DNA of 62,745 nt, the filler included, from Bipalium vagum (Eukaryota): NCBI GenBank assembly GCA_037834085.1. It is 3 parts of 3 records of this genome, joined end to end, with 100 filler letters (N's around TTAATTAATTAA, not from the genome) between each part and the next. Parts side by side here need not be neighbours in the genome. Positions count along the whole stretch, not along the records: positions 1 to 29,686 come from JBBMKC010018201.1; positions 29,787 to 46,724 come from JBBMKC010085291.1; 1 more part is not named here. One strand, written 5' to 3'. Shown one piece after another: positions 28,001-38,218 of this stretch. The translations under genes were made by a program, and so were the position numbers. The notes beneath the pieces were generated by a model. The model saw only the letters and a program-made list of their open reading frames with translations. It ran no database searches and was not told where the DNA came from. Position 1 is the stretch's first letter. Every line of letters starts with the position of its first letter.

Positions 28001-28852
28001 TTGAATTTTATTCACTTCCCGAAGACAATATTCAGTTTTACATACAAGAATTATGTTCGACAATTTTGGGTAACCCTGTTCCAGTTCTTACAATTTCTAA
28101 TTGGCCAAAGAAGTATTCTGATCGACTGGGTAAATGTGAAACCGCTTTTTTTTCAGTGAAATTAATTGTAATATTGATTTCTCGTTTAGTGAATCAAAAA
28201 CCATATATTTTTCTTACTGGCCGAGTCCATCCTGGCGAAAGCAATGCCAGTTGGATCATGAAGGGATGCATCGATTTCCTATTGAGTATCAATCCTGTGG
28301 CAGATCAATTAAGAAATCGATACATTTTTAAAATTGTTCCCATGCTCAATCCCGATGGCGTTATCAATGGATGGTGATTTTTCGTTTTTTTCGTTTGATG
28401 TATAATCAGACGGATACCTATTTCCAGTCACCGATTATCCATGGCAGGTCATGACCTTAACCGCAGGTGGCTTGATCCATGTGAGGTTCTCAATCCAACA
28501 ATTTATCACACGAAAGGCTTGCTAATGTTGCTGTCGAAATACGGCCTCAGTCCTTTGGTATGTATTTTATCAATAATAATTATTATGATCTCTTTTTAAA
28601 TAATCCTTTGTAACGAACGTGAAGGCTTTTGTCTAAATAAAAATATATTTTTTAGGTTTATTGTGACTTCCATGGGCATTCTCGACGAAAAAATGTCTTC
28701 ATGTTTGGATGTAGTCCATTTCAGTCATGGATAAATGAAGAATCAAATAATGCAACAACATTCATTGATCAACGGAATGAGGACAAGAGCTATTTGGTTT
28801 TGCCGAACATTTTGAATAACATTTCTCAGGCTTTCTCTTTGGACTCTTGCAG
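7032..28852 (+). CDS. AGTPBP1: Cytosolic carboxypeptidase 1 (Nna1/CCP1, tubulin deglutamylase, M14D), multi-exon; start exon not found and 3' end lost at the contig break
   Basis: Phase-consistent GT-AG exons: 7032-7162, 7209-7276, 9720-9786, 10591-10895, 10940-11096, 13355-13501, 13612-~13833 (ARM-like N-terminus, ...[14 protein letters not shown]). Less certain low-complexity exons: ~14373-14499, 15669-~15803, 15913-16235, 16286-16403, 20345-~20510, ~20547-20678, ~21158-21789 (IAYPD). Catalytic region: 21842-22083 ([15 protein letters not shown]), 25543-25662, 25962-26120 (YPYTY), 27947-28129, 28190-28373 ([19 protein letters not shown]), 28428-28557 (DLNRRW), 28656-28852 (DFHGHS). These are the diagnostic CCP motifs and zinc ligands. 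Confidence 0.93.
7586..7797 (+). mobile_element. tRNA(Ala)-derived SINE, copy 1 (intronic)
   Basis: Head ggagatgtagcttagc..tgcatgtgaaaggtcctgggttcgaattccggtatctcc has A/B-box-like motifs and an acceptor stem but a deleted D/anticodon arm. The non-tRNA tail (attaattttcaactaac ... gggtttaaagttgaaa) is shared with the copy at 33411. Confidence 0.75.
7827..8580 (-). mobile_element. Mariner transposon relic
   Basis: TA followed by a TIR-like cggaggtcagtcgaaaagtttcgggaat. Minus-strand fragments [16 protein letters not shown] and [15 protein letters not shown] (decayed HPPYSPDLAPxDFFLF). Confidence 0.75.
11330..12430 (-). mobile_element. Heavily decayed mariner relic(s)
   Basis: Minus strand near 11470-11510 reads [11 protein letters not shown] (second catalytic D). 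Boundaries approximate. Confidence 0.55.
12581..13160 (-). mobile_element. Internally deleted Tc1/mariner (maT/DD37D-like) element with both TIRs and TA target duplication
   Basis: ta|cagggtgcgccaaaagt..cctacc at the left and ggtagg..acttttggcgcaccctc|ta at the right. Internal [20 protein letters not shown] transposase C-terminus. Confidence 0.9.
14640..15300 (+). mobile_element. Decayed mariner fragments
   Basis: [12 protein letters not shown] near 14944-14979 and PCQPFSSDI (decayed PHPPYSPD) near 15110-15137. Confidence 0.6.
17697..18796 (-). mobile_element. Merlin (IS1016/ISXO2-like) DNA transposon relic
   Basis: Terminal inverted aatttaatattac..gtaatattaaatt. Minus-strand fragments [25 protein letters not shown] (Merlin zinc ribbon), YVECDEVK (VEIDES-like) and [16 protein letters not shown] (PGSIIxTD). 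Confidence 0.8.
19150..19997 (-). mobile_element. pogo/Tigger (CENP-B HTH) transposon relic, N-terminal part
   Basis: Minus strand [24 protein letters not shown] matches the FKASxGWLxRFKxRHGI motif. Confidence 0.7.
24176..25397 (-). mobile_element. Near full-length decayed mariner (DD34D)
   Basis: Imperfect TIRs (gatctgtaaattaagtaatgag / ctcatacttaatttacagacc). [15 protein letters not shown] (N-terminus) and [22 protein letters not shown] (first catalytic D). Confidence 0.9.
26435..27800 (-). mobile_element. pogo/Tigger transposon relic
   Basis: ta|cagtcaaacc terminus. Minus-strand [32 protein letters not shown] (QPLDxGII.FK.Y) and NLLEAI*FTVSSW. Confidence 0.8.
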
Positions 28853-29199
28853 GTTTCCCTTTGTTTTAGTTGATCAATATTTTTTAAAAGCTTAAATAAA
28901 ATTTTTACTGTCTTTAACGTCAACAATCAATGATGTGACAGCAGTGTCATTCTCATTTATGAAAGTTTTTTCGAAGGTAATTATATCCAAATTTTTCGTG
29001 AATTCTGTTACTCAACGTATTTTTAATTAGTTTTATAAGTTTCAATTTACTGATTTCAACTTGTTAAAAATCTAATATTTAAAATGTGCATAATGTTATA
29101 AGTATGGCAAGTTAGATGTCATTTTTGTAATATTTCAATTTTAAATTCCATTTTATAGCATTTAAAATTTATTTAAATAATTAAATTCTATGCTCTTCA

Positions 29200-29340
29200 A
29201 AAGAATTCTATAATGCCGAAAACTAAAAAGAATGATAAAAAAAATAATTATATCATATGTAAAGATTTTTAATAATGAATTTGTGTATCATTCTCAAGAC
29301 AAGTTATATTGTAAAATTTGTGATATTTGGTACTATTGTA
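29200..29340 (+). mobile_element. Possible hAT/CGGBP-like zinc-finger fragment
   Basis: YVKIFNNEFVYHSQDKLYCKICD resembles the N-terminus of CGGBP/hAT-type transposases. Short match only. Confidence 0.35.
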
Positions 29341-29686
29341 CTTTACGTACCCCACTTCACGTAAAAAATAAACTTTTTAAAATTTTTATTTACTACTTAT
29401 TTTTAATAGTAGTAATTTATATTTTTTTATTCTTATTTATTTTAAAAGTAATAAAATGGCAATTTTTTTAATGAATTTTATTTATTTAATGAATTTTAAG
29501 GTACTGAAAAATTTTAAAATGGAAAATTTATGCAAAATATACATATAATTAAAAGTAAGAAATTTAACACAAAATTTACATATTTCATATTTACATGGGG
29601 TAAAATTCTATTACGTGGCTCCAAAAATTGTAAAATATTTGAGAGCGTTCACCAAATTCTTCTCTCCACAAAAATTCTTGTAGATA

Positions 29687-29786
29687 NNNNNNNNNNNNNN
29701 NNNNNNNNNNNNNNNNNNNNNNNNNNNNNNTTAATTAATTAANNNNNNNNNNNNNNNNNNNNNNNNNNNNNNNNNNNNNNNNNNNN
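29687..29786. other. Artificial contig-join linker
   Basis: Exactly 44 N + TTAATTAATTAA (stops in all six frames) + 44 N = 100 bp. Confidence 0.97.
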
Positions 29787-30913
29787 CAATTAATACAGGT
29801 GACAATAACTTATATTTACAGTGTACGGAATTAAATGTTCAAATAAAAGAGGTGTTCAGCTAAAAAAGGTGTTCATTTATGCAGGTTTCAGTGTACTATG
29901 TAATTTTACATTAGAAAATATATTCATATTTTTACATAATACATAATGATTATCGTATAATAAAAATATTACATTTTCTTTCAACTACAGTTGTATAAGC
30001 TATAAAATGTTCAATAATATTATTATTTTAAAGTAAATTCTCGCAAAAATGTAACTTTTTGGAATCAATTTTTTAAAAAAGTTGCATTTTGGGAATTTGG
30101 TATACAATTTTATTCACAGTGATTTCTTTAGTCAGCATAGATACAAAAAAAATATTTAAAAAATTAAGATAGAAAACATATATTGAGTTCACATTAGACA
30201 TTTTGATTTCCAAATTCTAGCTTTTTAATGATTAATTAATAATCATAATTAATTTAAATTTTCACAGTTTAATTTTTATATTCAAAATAAATTAAAACAC
30301 CTGTTGCAATTGGCAAACATATTTTTAAAAATTTGTTGCATTATCCGAGTGTTGCATTTTGCGAGAATTTATTGTATTTTCATTTGTACTTCTTTCTGAT
30401 AATTCAAATATATTTAAACTAATATTTTTTTGATTATTAAATATTTGTCTTCTATTTTCATGGGAAAATTTATATCATTTAAATTTAATTCACTCATATA
30501 CGGAACATAAGGTTTTTATCTATTACCATGAGGTTTTGCAAGATGTAACAATAACTGAATAAACATCATATTTTAAATCTTTATAAAATTGTGAATATTT
30601 ACATCATTAGTTTCTTTAGTTTATTCAAATTTACTGCCCATAATTTTTTTTAATATTATAATCATATTTATTATAATTCATTACGAAAGATTTCTTTATA
30701 AAAATTAAGATCACCAGATTTATATTTTAGTAGTTGATTAAAAAAATATTTATTATAATTTTTCATTACAATATTTTGATTTTAAATGAATTTATTCACA
30801 ATAACAATTGTATATTTTTATCAGTTATTTTATTTTGTCATTTTAACAAATTTAAAATTTGTTGTTCATTGAAATCATTTATTTTACAATTTAAATTAGA
30901 CATTTTTTAAATT

Positions 30914-31095
30914 AGTATTGTTAAAATGTTCAAAGAAAATCAATAAAGAACCAATTTTAAAATTTTGGATTTTTTTTGTATTGTTAATTGTATTGTCATT
31001 AAAATTAAAAACCATAAAAAATAGGAAAATTTTTAAAAATGTAATTTTAAGGTTCAAAGTTCTATGTTTGTTTTTGGGACATTTTAACACTACTA
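30914..31095. repeat. Imperfect inverted repeat (fold-back/MITE-like) just 3' of the RING gene
   Basis: tagtattgttaaaatgttcaaa.. pairs with ..tttgggacattttaacactacta. It produces the mirror ORFs MLKCSK (+) and MLKCPK (-) in the ORF track. Confidence 0.65.
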
Positions 31096-31166
31096 TATAT
31101 TAATTTTAAAAACAAAAAATATTTTTGAAAGATTTTAAAATAAAAAAATACTAAAAAAATATATTA

Positions 31167-32699
31167 TTAAATCTCTATTATATTTTGTAACAAATAAAAT
31201 TTGCATATTACTTCATTCATTCGTTCATCAATACGACCAAACGTGTTCAACCAATCATTACTGATAATAAAAAGGTTGATATCTGATAACACGCTCTCAT
31301 AAAATTTAAAAACGTGATTTTTAATCAAATCTTTTCGATTTTCTCCCAGCTCTTCAAGTAACTCTTCAACATCCTCAAGTCTGTGTAAAAGTTCAACGCA
31401 ATTACCTATCAGTGATGTGCAACAATTCAAACATTGAAGGATCTCATTGCAAGTTTCTTCAGTGTTTTTTCTATAATCCTCCAAAATTAAGCAATGCAAA
31501 AATAATTTATCGTATTTCAATCTTAATTCCACACCAATTGACTGAAGTTGAACATAGTCAATATGAATTTCTCCACAATCCATTTCACTGGAAAGAGGGG
31601 CACATTGGTTTTTTGTAATGAGTAGTAAGTTTAATATACACCCAAGAACTTCATTAATGATACCAAAAGATCTCTCGATTGCACGACTATCCACATAATC
31701 CACATTAGTGGAATAGTCTTCTTCGAAAGGACAATAGATTTCTTTGACATAAAAGAAATTGCAGCATTTTGCGCATATTTTGTGATTGCACTTTATAAAC
31801 GATTTTAGTATGTTTTCACCACCACAAATTAAGCATTGTCCCATTGAATTGTTAAATAGCTCTAAGCAATCTGTTGCCTGAGTACGAATCATTAAAAAGC
31901 TCAACAATATCAATTTCGAATAATGAAAATAGAAGTTAACAATACTATCAGACCTTCCGATTTCAAAGACTTCTATAAACCACTTTATGAAAAAAAATCT
32001 ATAGTCTACCACTGTGTCATAATGGTTTTCCTTTAGCTGGAGGATGCCTTCAAATTCTCTGACGTTTATGAACATTTTTCTTTTAATATCTAAAATTGTT
32101 CTATTCAATGTTTCCAGGTTACAGAGGGAATTATAAATATCATTGAGAAGATTCTTTTTATCGGATATCATTTCAATGTATTCCCTGATTTCTGTTTCAA
32201 GAAAATCAAATTCAAGTCCCAAAACCATGAAATTTCTTTCAATGTCTGTGGAAAATGGCCTAACTTGCTCAAAAAAATCACCGACAATTTTGCTTGATAA
32301 ACTCATTTCATTATTTAGCCATTTCTCTAGATCACTTTTAGATTCAATTTCATAAATTTGGAAAACCGATCTGATTTTCTCTTGAAAAGTTTTTTGTAAA
32401 AGAAATACTTTGTTTAAAATAACTCCGTATTTTTTGAGATTTGTTAAGATAAAACTTTCTAAATTCTTCGATAATTCCGGATACATAAATAATGCCAGTG
32501 AAATCGTTTCTTGCTTCAAACCTTTTAAGTTGGTTATGTTAAAGTAAGAAATTTTTCCCCGATCTAAAGGACAAGTTTGATTTAGAATAACCCATTGCCT
32601 CATACAATCAGAGCAAAATGTATGAGCACAGGTTTTAATCGTTACCTGATCTTTTGTTTCCACCTGATTCGTGCAAATAGTACATTCGATACTATTCAT
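31167..32699 (-). CDS. Intronless 510-aa protein with two RING-HC-type zinc fingers and helical regions; putative E3 ubiquitin ligase
   Basis: Intact ATG-to-TAA ORF in very AT-rich DNA. RING1 is CTIC..CAHTFCSDC..CPLD (C3HC3D type) and RING2 is CLIC..CNHKICAKC..CPFE. Confidence 0.85.
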   Translation of the reverse strand: MNSIECTICTNQVETKDQVTIKTCAHTFCSDCMRQWVILNQTCPLDRGKISYFNITNLKGLKQETISLALFMYPELSKNLESFILTNLKKYGVILNKVFLLQKTFQEKIRSVFQIYEIESKSDLEKWLNNEMSLSSKIVGDFFEQVRPFSTDIERNFMVLGLEFDFLETEIREYIEMISDKKNLLNDIYNSLCNLETLNRTILDIKRKMFINVREFEGILQLKENHYDTVVDYRFFFIKWFIEVFEIGRSDSIVNFYFHYSKLILLSFLMIRTQATDCLELFNNSMGQCLICGGENILKSFIKCNHKICAKCCNFFYVKEIYCPFEEDYSTNVDYVDSRAIERSFGIINEVLGCILNLLLITKNQCAPLSSEMDCGEIHIDYVQLQSIGVELRLKYDKLFLHCLILEDYRKNTEETCNEILQCLNCCTSLIGNCVELLHRLEDVEELLEELGENRKDLIKNHVFKFYESVLSDINLFIISNDWLNTFGRIDERMNEVICKFYLLQNIIEI

Positions 32700-33410
32700 T
32701 TCAGTTTTAATATTATGAAAAAAATTTTAACTTCAGAAGAAATAAAATTCAAACAATTTATTTGAAATTTTTTGGATATAATATTTTATTTATATTTAAT
32801 TTTATAAAACTTTTTTAAAAAAAATAATGGTTAAAACATTAATTAATTAATTTTTAAATTAAGAATTTAATATATTCTAACATTCTAAAAAGCTTAGTAT
32901 AAAAATTAAGTTTTAACATAAATTAAAATTTTTATTTTTAATATTAAATATTATTAAATTTTGTAAGATATATTTTTAAAAAAAGTTTTAATACTTTTAA
33001 AAAATATATTTTAAAATTAAAACAATGTATTTAATAAAAGAAATTAAAATTGATATTTATTTTTAAAACTTCGATGTTTATTTTATTTATTATTATTATT
33101 AATAAGGTTAACATGAAATTAATTTTAAGATTTGATCGATATAGCTGATATCACCTGTTTCGGTCAATATCGCACTATTTAGCTTAAAAAATCGAAAATA
33201 TCAATGATGTCGAAACCGCTGTCAAGTAGTTTGTTGATCTAAACCCCGAATCTTTATATAAAAATTAGTTCAACGTTGGGAGAATATAGTAGGAAATGAA
33301 GGAGAATATATACTTGATAAAACTTATTTCGTTAATTGTAATTTTATTTAATTAAAAATAAGATTTTATTGTTGTTTGTTTTTCTTTATTTTTTCTGCCA
33401 CAACTTTTGT

Positions 33411-33650
33411 TCGGACAGTAATACCTCAGCGGTCTGAGCAGTCCATGCGCATGTGAAAGGTCCTGGATCCCAATCCCGGTATCTCCAATTAATTTTCAAC
33501 TAACAATTACAATGAACGATATCTGATCTAATAGAATTATCATTAGCTTTTGTTGGTATTCTTTTAATAATAATTGGTTTATTTCTTTGTAAATTTTTCC
33601 ATTATAATAATATTATGGAAATATACATTTAGGGTTTTAAGTTGAAAGAT
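33411..33650 (+). mobile_element. tRNA(Ala)-derived SINE, copy 2
   Basis: gcatgtgaaaggtcctggatcccaatcccggtatctccaattaattttcaactaac and the downstream gggttttaagttgaaa match copy 1 at 7586. Confidence 0.7.
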
Positions 33651-33659
33651 TTTAATATT

Positions 33660-34440
33660 TTATAAATATCGTTTTTATTTAAAATGTAATCTATTTTATC
33701 ATTTGATAAAGATGGTAAAATTCTTCTAAAACCAAAAACCTTGTGTTTTTATAAGAAAAAGAACTAAAGTTTTCGTCTGCATGAGGAATTATAAATTTTA
33801 TATTTTGAAATTTTTTTTTAAAAAAATATAATTCATATCTAGATCTATTATGAAAATAAAATGGAATGAAAAATTTTAAAATTAATTTATCATTTACATT
33901 GGATTTGTTATGAAAAACGCCTCTATATTTTCCTTTTAAATGATTATGATCCTTAACCTTTTCTGATTTTGATTCCATTATTTTTTACAATTGGGGAATT
34001 TTTTCTAAATTATTAAAATTGTTTTTATCTTCTTTTGTCATTATAATTTCTTTATTTTTATTTATTAGATTGGTTAATTTTTTTATCGATTATATTTTGT
34101 CCAAAAATTTCAATATATTTAGATTTTTATTATTTTTTTCATAATAAGATTCAATATAAATTCCGATTGAGATGGAAGTTGTTTAATTTCTGTTTTATTG
34201 TTTCTAACAATAATTCTCATTATAACATTCAAAATCGGACTATATTAATACAATTGATATTTTGTTTCTAAAATAATAACTTTAAAATTGTGATAATCTT
34301 TATGTGAAAATTTTCTTTAACTTCCTTAAATTCTTGACATAAATTTCAATGCGCGTTTAACAAATTTTTAGATCTTTATGAATTTAAACAATTTAAACAA
34401 TTATAATTAGAATACCTAATGCAAAAATATTTATATTTCT
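33660..34440 (-). mobile_element. Polinton/Maverick protein-primed DNA polymerase region relic
   Basis: KVKDHNHLKGKYRGVFHNKSN..IPFYFHNRSRYE corresponds to the conserved RDHxHxTGKYRGAAHxxCN..IPVFFHNLSGYD motif. Upstream YNCLNCLNS zinc-finger fragment. Degenerate coding-like DNA continues to about 36110 and may belong to the same element. Confidence 0.75.
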
Positions 34441-37400
34441 ACATAATAATATAAAAATTGCAGAAACAAAAGAAAACAAAATGGTTAACTTAAAAAGACC
34501 TTTGGTATTTTAATTATATTAAAACCGTTCTTTTTTTGAAATAATAACATATTTATCCGTAGGGTCTGCTTCATATTTCCAATTTTAAAGCTTACACAAG
34601 GTCTTTGGCAAATTCTTCAACAAATATTTGACCTATGATTTTTTGCTCTTGAGCCTGGTGTGGCTATTCGCTCTTTTCTATCATTATTATTTGAAGAAAA
34701 TCTTTATTCTATATAAAATTTTAATTTTTTAATTCTTTCTCCAAAGTTTTTTTTTAAAATAAGAAGTTTTTTAATATGAATAGTTTTAAATTAGGGAAAA
34801 ACCCGAACAATTAAGTGAACCACTACAAGTTCATCAGCAACTAGTATTATTCAAATTCTTTAGATCATTTATTCACTGATACGTTATGAAATCCGGAAGA
34901 CTTGCTTATAACTTTCACTATTAGTAAGATTTATTTTTTTCTTTTGATTTTCAAAATATATTATTAATATATTCATTTGTGATAATCATTAATATTCTGT
35001 GATAATTTATTATTAGTATTGAGTTATAACTAATAATAATTAAAATTTTAATATTCGTTTGTTTTAATAATCCATACATAATTAACTAGTAAAATATTAT
35101 TTTTAAAATACAAATTAAATCGTTTTTGGAGAAAGTAGTCAAGAATTTTTTATGAGCTTTTTATTTTTCTACATATTTTTTTATAGTAAATTTTTTGTAT
35201 ATTTTTATTAATCCGCCGTATTTATCATTTTAAAATATTGTGCATAATTTAATAATTGTTTGACTCAAATGGATTAAACATATTTTTATAAAATGTGAAA
35301 TATTAAAATATAAATATGCTTTATGACTATTTTAAAAGAATGTTTCAACTAACTTTTTCATCTTCAAGAAATTTAAACAAAGATTATTTAGGTGTATACA
35401 ATGTCCACTGTGTTTCTACTAAGTCAGATATATTTATATCTGAAATTTATAACGAAAATGGAACATGGTTAACAAAAAATGTAAGTAATATATATTTATA
35501 TAATGATGGTTTACTAAGTTGAATGTTTCTTTTTAAGGAAATCAAAAATGCCAATGCAATATGGGTTTTATTCAAAAATTTTCGTAGTGCATATTGGCTA
35601 AAGCTTAAGCCGAAAACCTCCCAAAAATTTTCAATACTCATCAAGAATGATTTAAAAGTACCTTTGTTATAATTAATTAATTAATAATTATAAAATTATT
35701 AAAATTTTAAAGTTATAGTATTATAATCATAATTTAACCCTTTATCCTTATATTTTATGCTTTATATTTTATTTCATAACATTTGGTTCATGTTAATTTA
35801 TAACGATATTTTGTTACAATTTTTTGTCAATTTTTAGCAGAAAGTTTATTTATAATGTCAAAAACATAATGTAATATATTAATAATATTAATTAGTATTA
35901 ATCAGTGAATCTTTTTTATTAATTCCTTTTTATAAAATATTTAAAGAACAGGTTTTTTCAATTTGAAAAATTACTCACTCACCACCTCCAGTACAATTTA
36001 ACAAAAAGAAAATTCATTTAAGAAAAATAATATTCGTTTAAAAGGATGACACATTTTTAACTGCTTTAAAAAGTATGGCTGAGTACTCTAAACCCGTCAA
36101 CGTTTAATATAGAAATCAGCTAAATATATACCCTGGACAAAAATTAACGTCACAATCATTCAAGGAAAGAAAAAGTTTAATTTAAACTGTTTTATTGGAT
36201 TGTGATTTAGACTATAAAATCCTGATTATTGTGAAGCTAAGACAGGCAAAACTTGATAAAATAAAAATAAAATAAATATTGAATATAAAGTAAAATCTAT
36301 TTAACACGTTTTCGTGATGTCACGAACAGTAAGGTGATGTTAAAATGCGATGTTATTCTTAATTATTAAGAGAGATTTGGGAGGTGTTCTTGGAAAGATG
36401 ATTATTATACTTTTATACATTGAAAAAAAGATTGTTATGTTTTTTAGGAATTGATTCCAATAATGATAACGCTCAGTCACAATTAGCGTTCAATTTGAAA
36501 ATATTATTTATATATAATTATATAAAATAATATTGTCTATAAAATAAATAAAAAATAAATAATTTAAATATTTTCTAAACATTAAAAATATTATAATTTT
36601 ATTAATTATGAATTTTTATTTATATTATATTTATTTCAACAGAACAATTGTATTAGTCCTCATATAAAGACTTATTATTTGACAATTAATAACTAATATG
36701 GCTTCCTTTTTTGTCAATTCATATCTGTAATCTTCTCTTTATGTTTAAAATAATTTTTGAAAATTCTCTTGAGGTATCAGATCCTATTGGTCTATTAGTC
36801 ATTGGCCATTTGTTCTTTTATAACTGTCATATAATTATAATTTTGTCTGATCATCACTTAAAATCAAAGTAAAGGGACTTTTTGTGGATGAGTACATACA
36901 TATATGTGAATAATTTTTTTCTCGAAGAAATTATTCACGACCAGTTTTATTTATTGTCAAGGATGATATCATATTGTGTTTAGTTTTGAAAATTTAATAA
37001 AATAATAAATTTAAGTGCTGTGAAATATTCCAAAATCGATCTATAAACTAATCAATTAATTAGATCGTGCAATGCTAAAACGAACGTGATCTTTGTTTAT
37101 GAAAAGAGAAATTTTTAGGATAAATAATTTTGAAATGTATATTGAAAGTCGTAAAGGTAATTATTTTAAAATTTACAAATATGAGAAACCACATCATCAC
37201 ATTTCATTTCCTTTATATATATATATAATATAAATAATAATTTGATGTTCAAAACAGATTTTTAAGCTGTACATTTTTAGAAATGGTAGGAAATTTTTTG
37301 TATAGATTGAAAAAAATTGGTAACCATATCTGTCTTTCCTTATTATCACGCCCGGCTTCCACGTATTACCAACATACAACACTACCATTACTTCCTGTCG

Positions 37401-38218
37401 TTTTGAAAATCCAGTAATTATATGAATGATAATCTTTAAACAATAACCAGTTTGATACTCGTAAACCTCATTACTTTTGTTGTGCTAAATACAATTGTAG
37501 AGTTTAATACAATAAGGTTAATAATTATTAGTAAAATTATTCATGTAAACAATTCTGGAAAACTTTTAAGTGATTTCAATCAATATTTGTATTAATACTA
37601 CTTTGCGAACACGTGGATCATCAAAGTGATATTGTCCACCGAGTACCTGGGGCTGAATAACATTTTATTCATCAATGGTTAGAAAGACTATTTGTTTTCA
37701 TACCGTGTTGACGTGGTCATTGAACCAGAAAAATAAGTATTTTGTCGTGAATCAAAACCTTTGAACTCTGAGATTATTTTTTTGCCAAGTATTATGTATT
37801 TTTTATATTCTTACTACCACTTGCAATATGGAGTTCAATGGCAGTTTTATTTAATAACATCTGTCTTAATTGCATAGAGCTATTATTGCAGTAGAAAATT
37901 TATCTCGACATTCTGACGGAAATAGATCAAAATAATGCTATTCTCTAATAGGGAAAAATCTTTTTTTAGAAATGATTTTAACATTTCTGTGGGCAAATTT
38001 GACGAAACTGATCATGGTTATGAAATTCTGAAGTGATGACGAATTTCTTTTCTTTAAAAAAGATTTTATCCTTTGAGGACATTATTTAAATATCTTATGG
38101 TTGCCTCCATACTTTTTCGGCGACAGTTTTCTTTATTTAACTGTTTATATTAATCGGGTCTAAATGAAGATTTTCAGAGTCCTAACTATATCTGCATGAG
38201 TTTGAAAATGATAAGTAT

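Noticed and set aside
29731-29742. TTAATTAATTAA palindrome as a biological motif
   Set aside because: It is centred in exactly 44+44 N twice, so it is an assembly linker.
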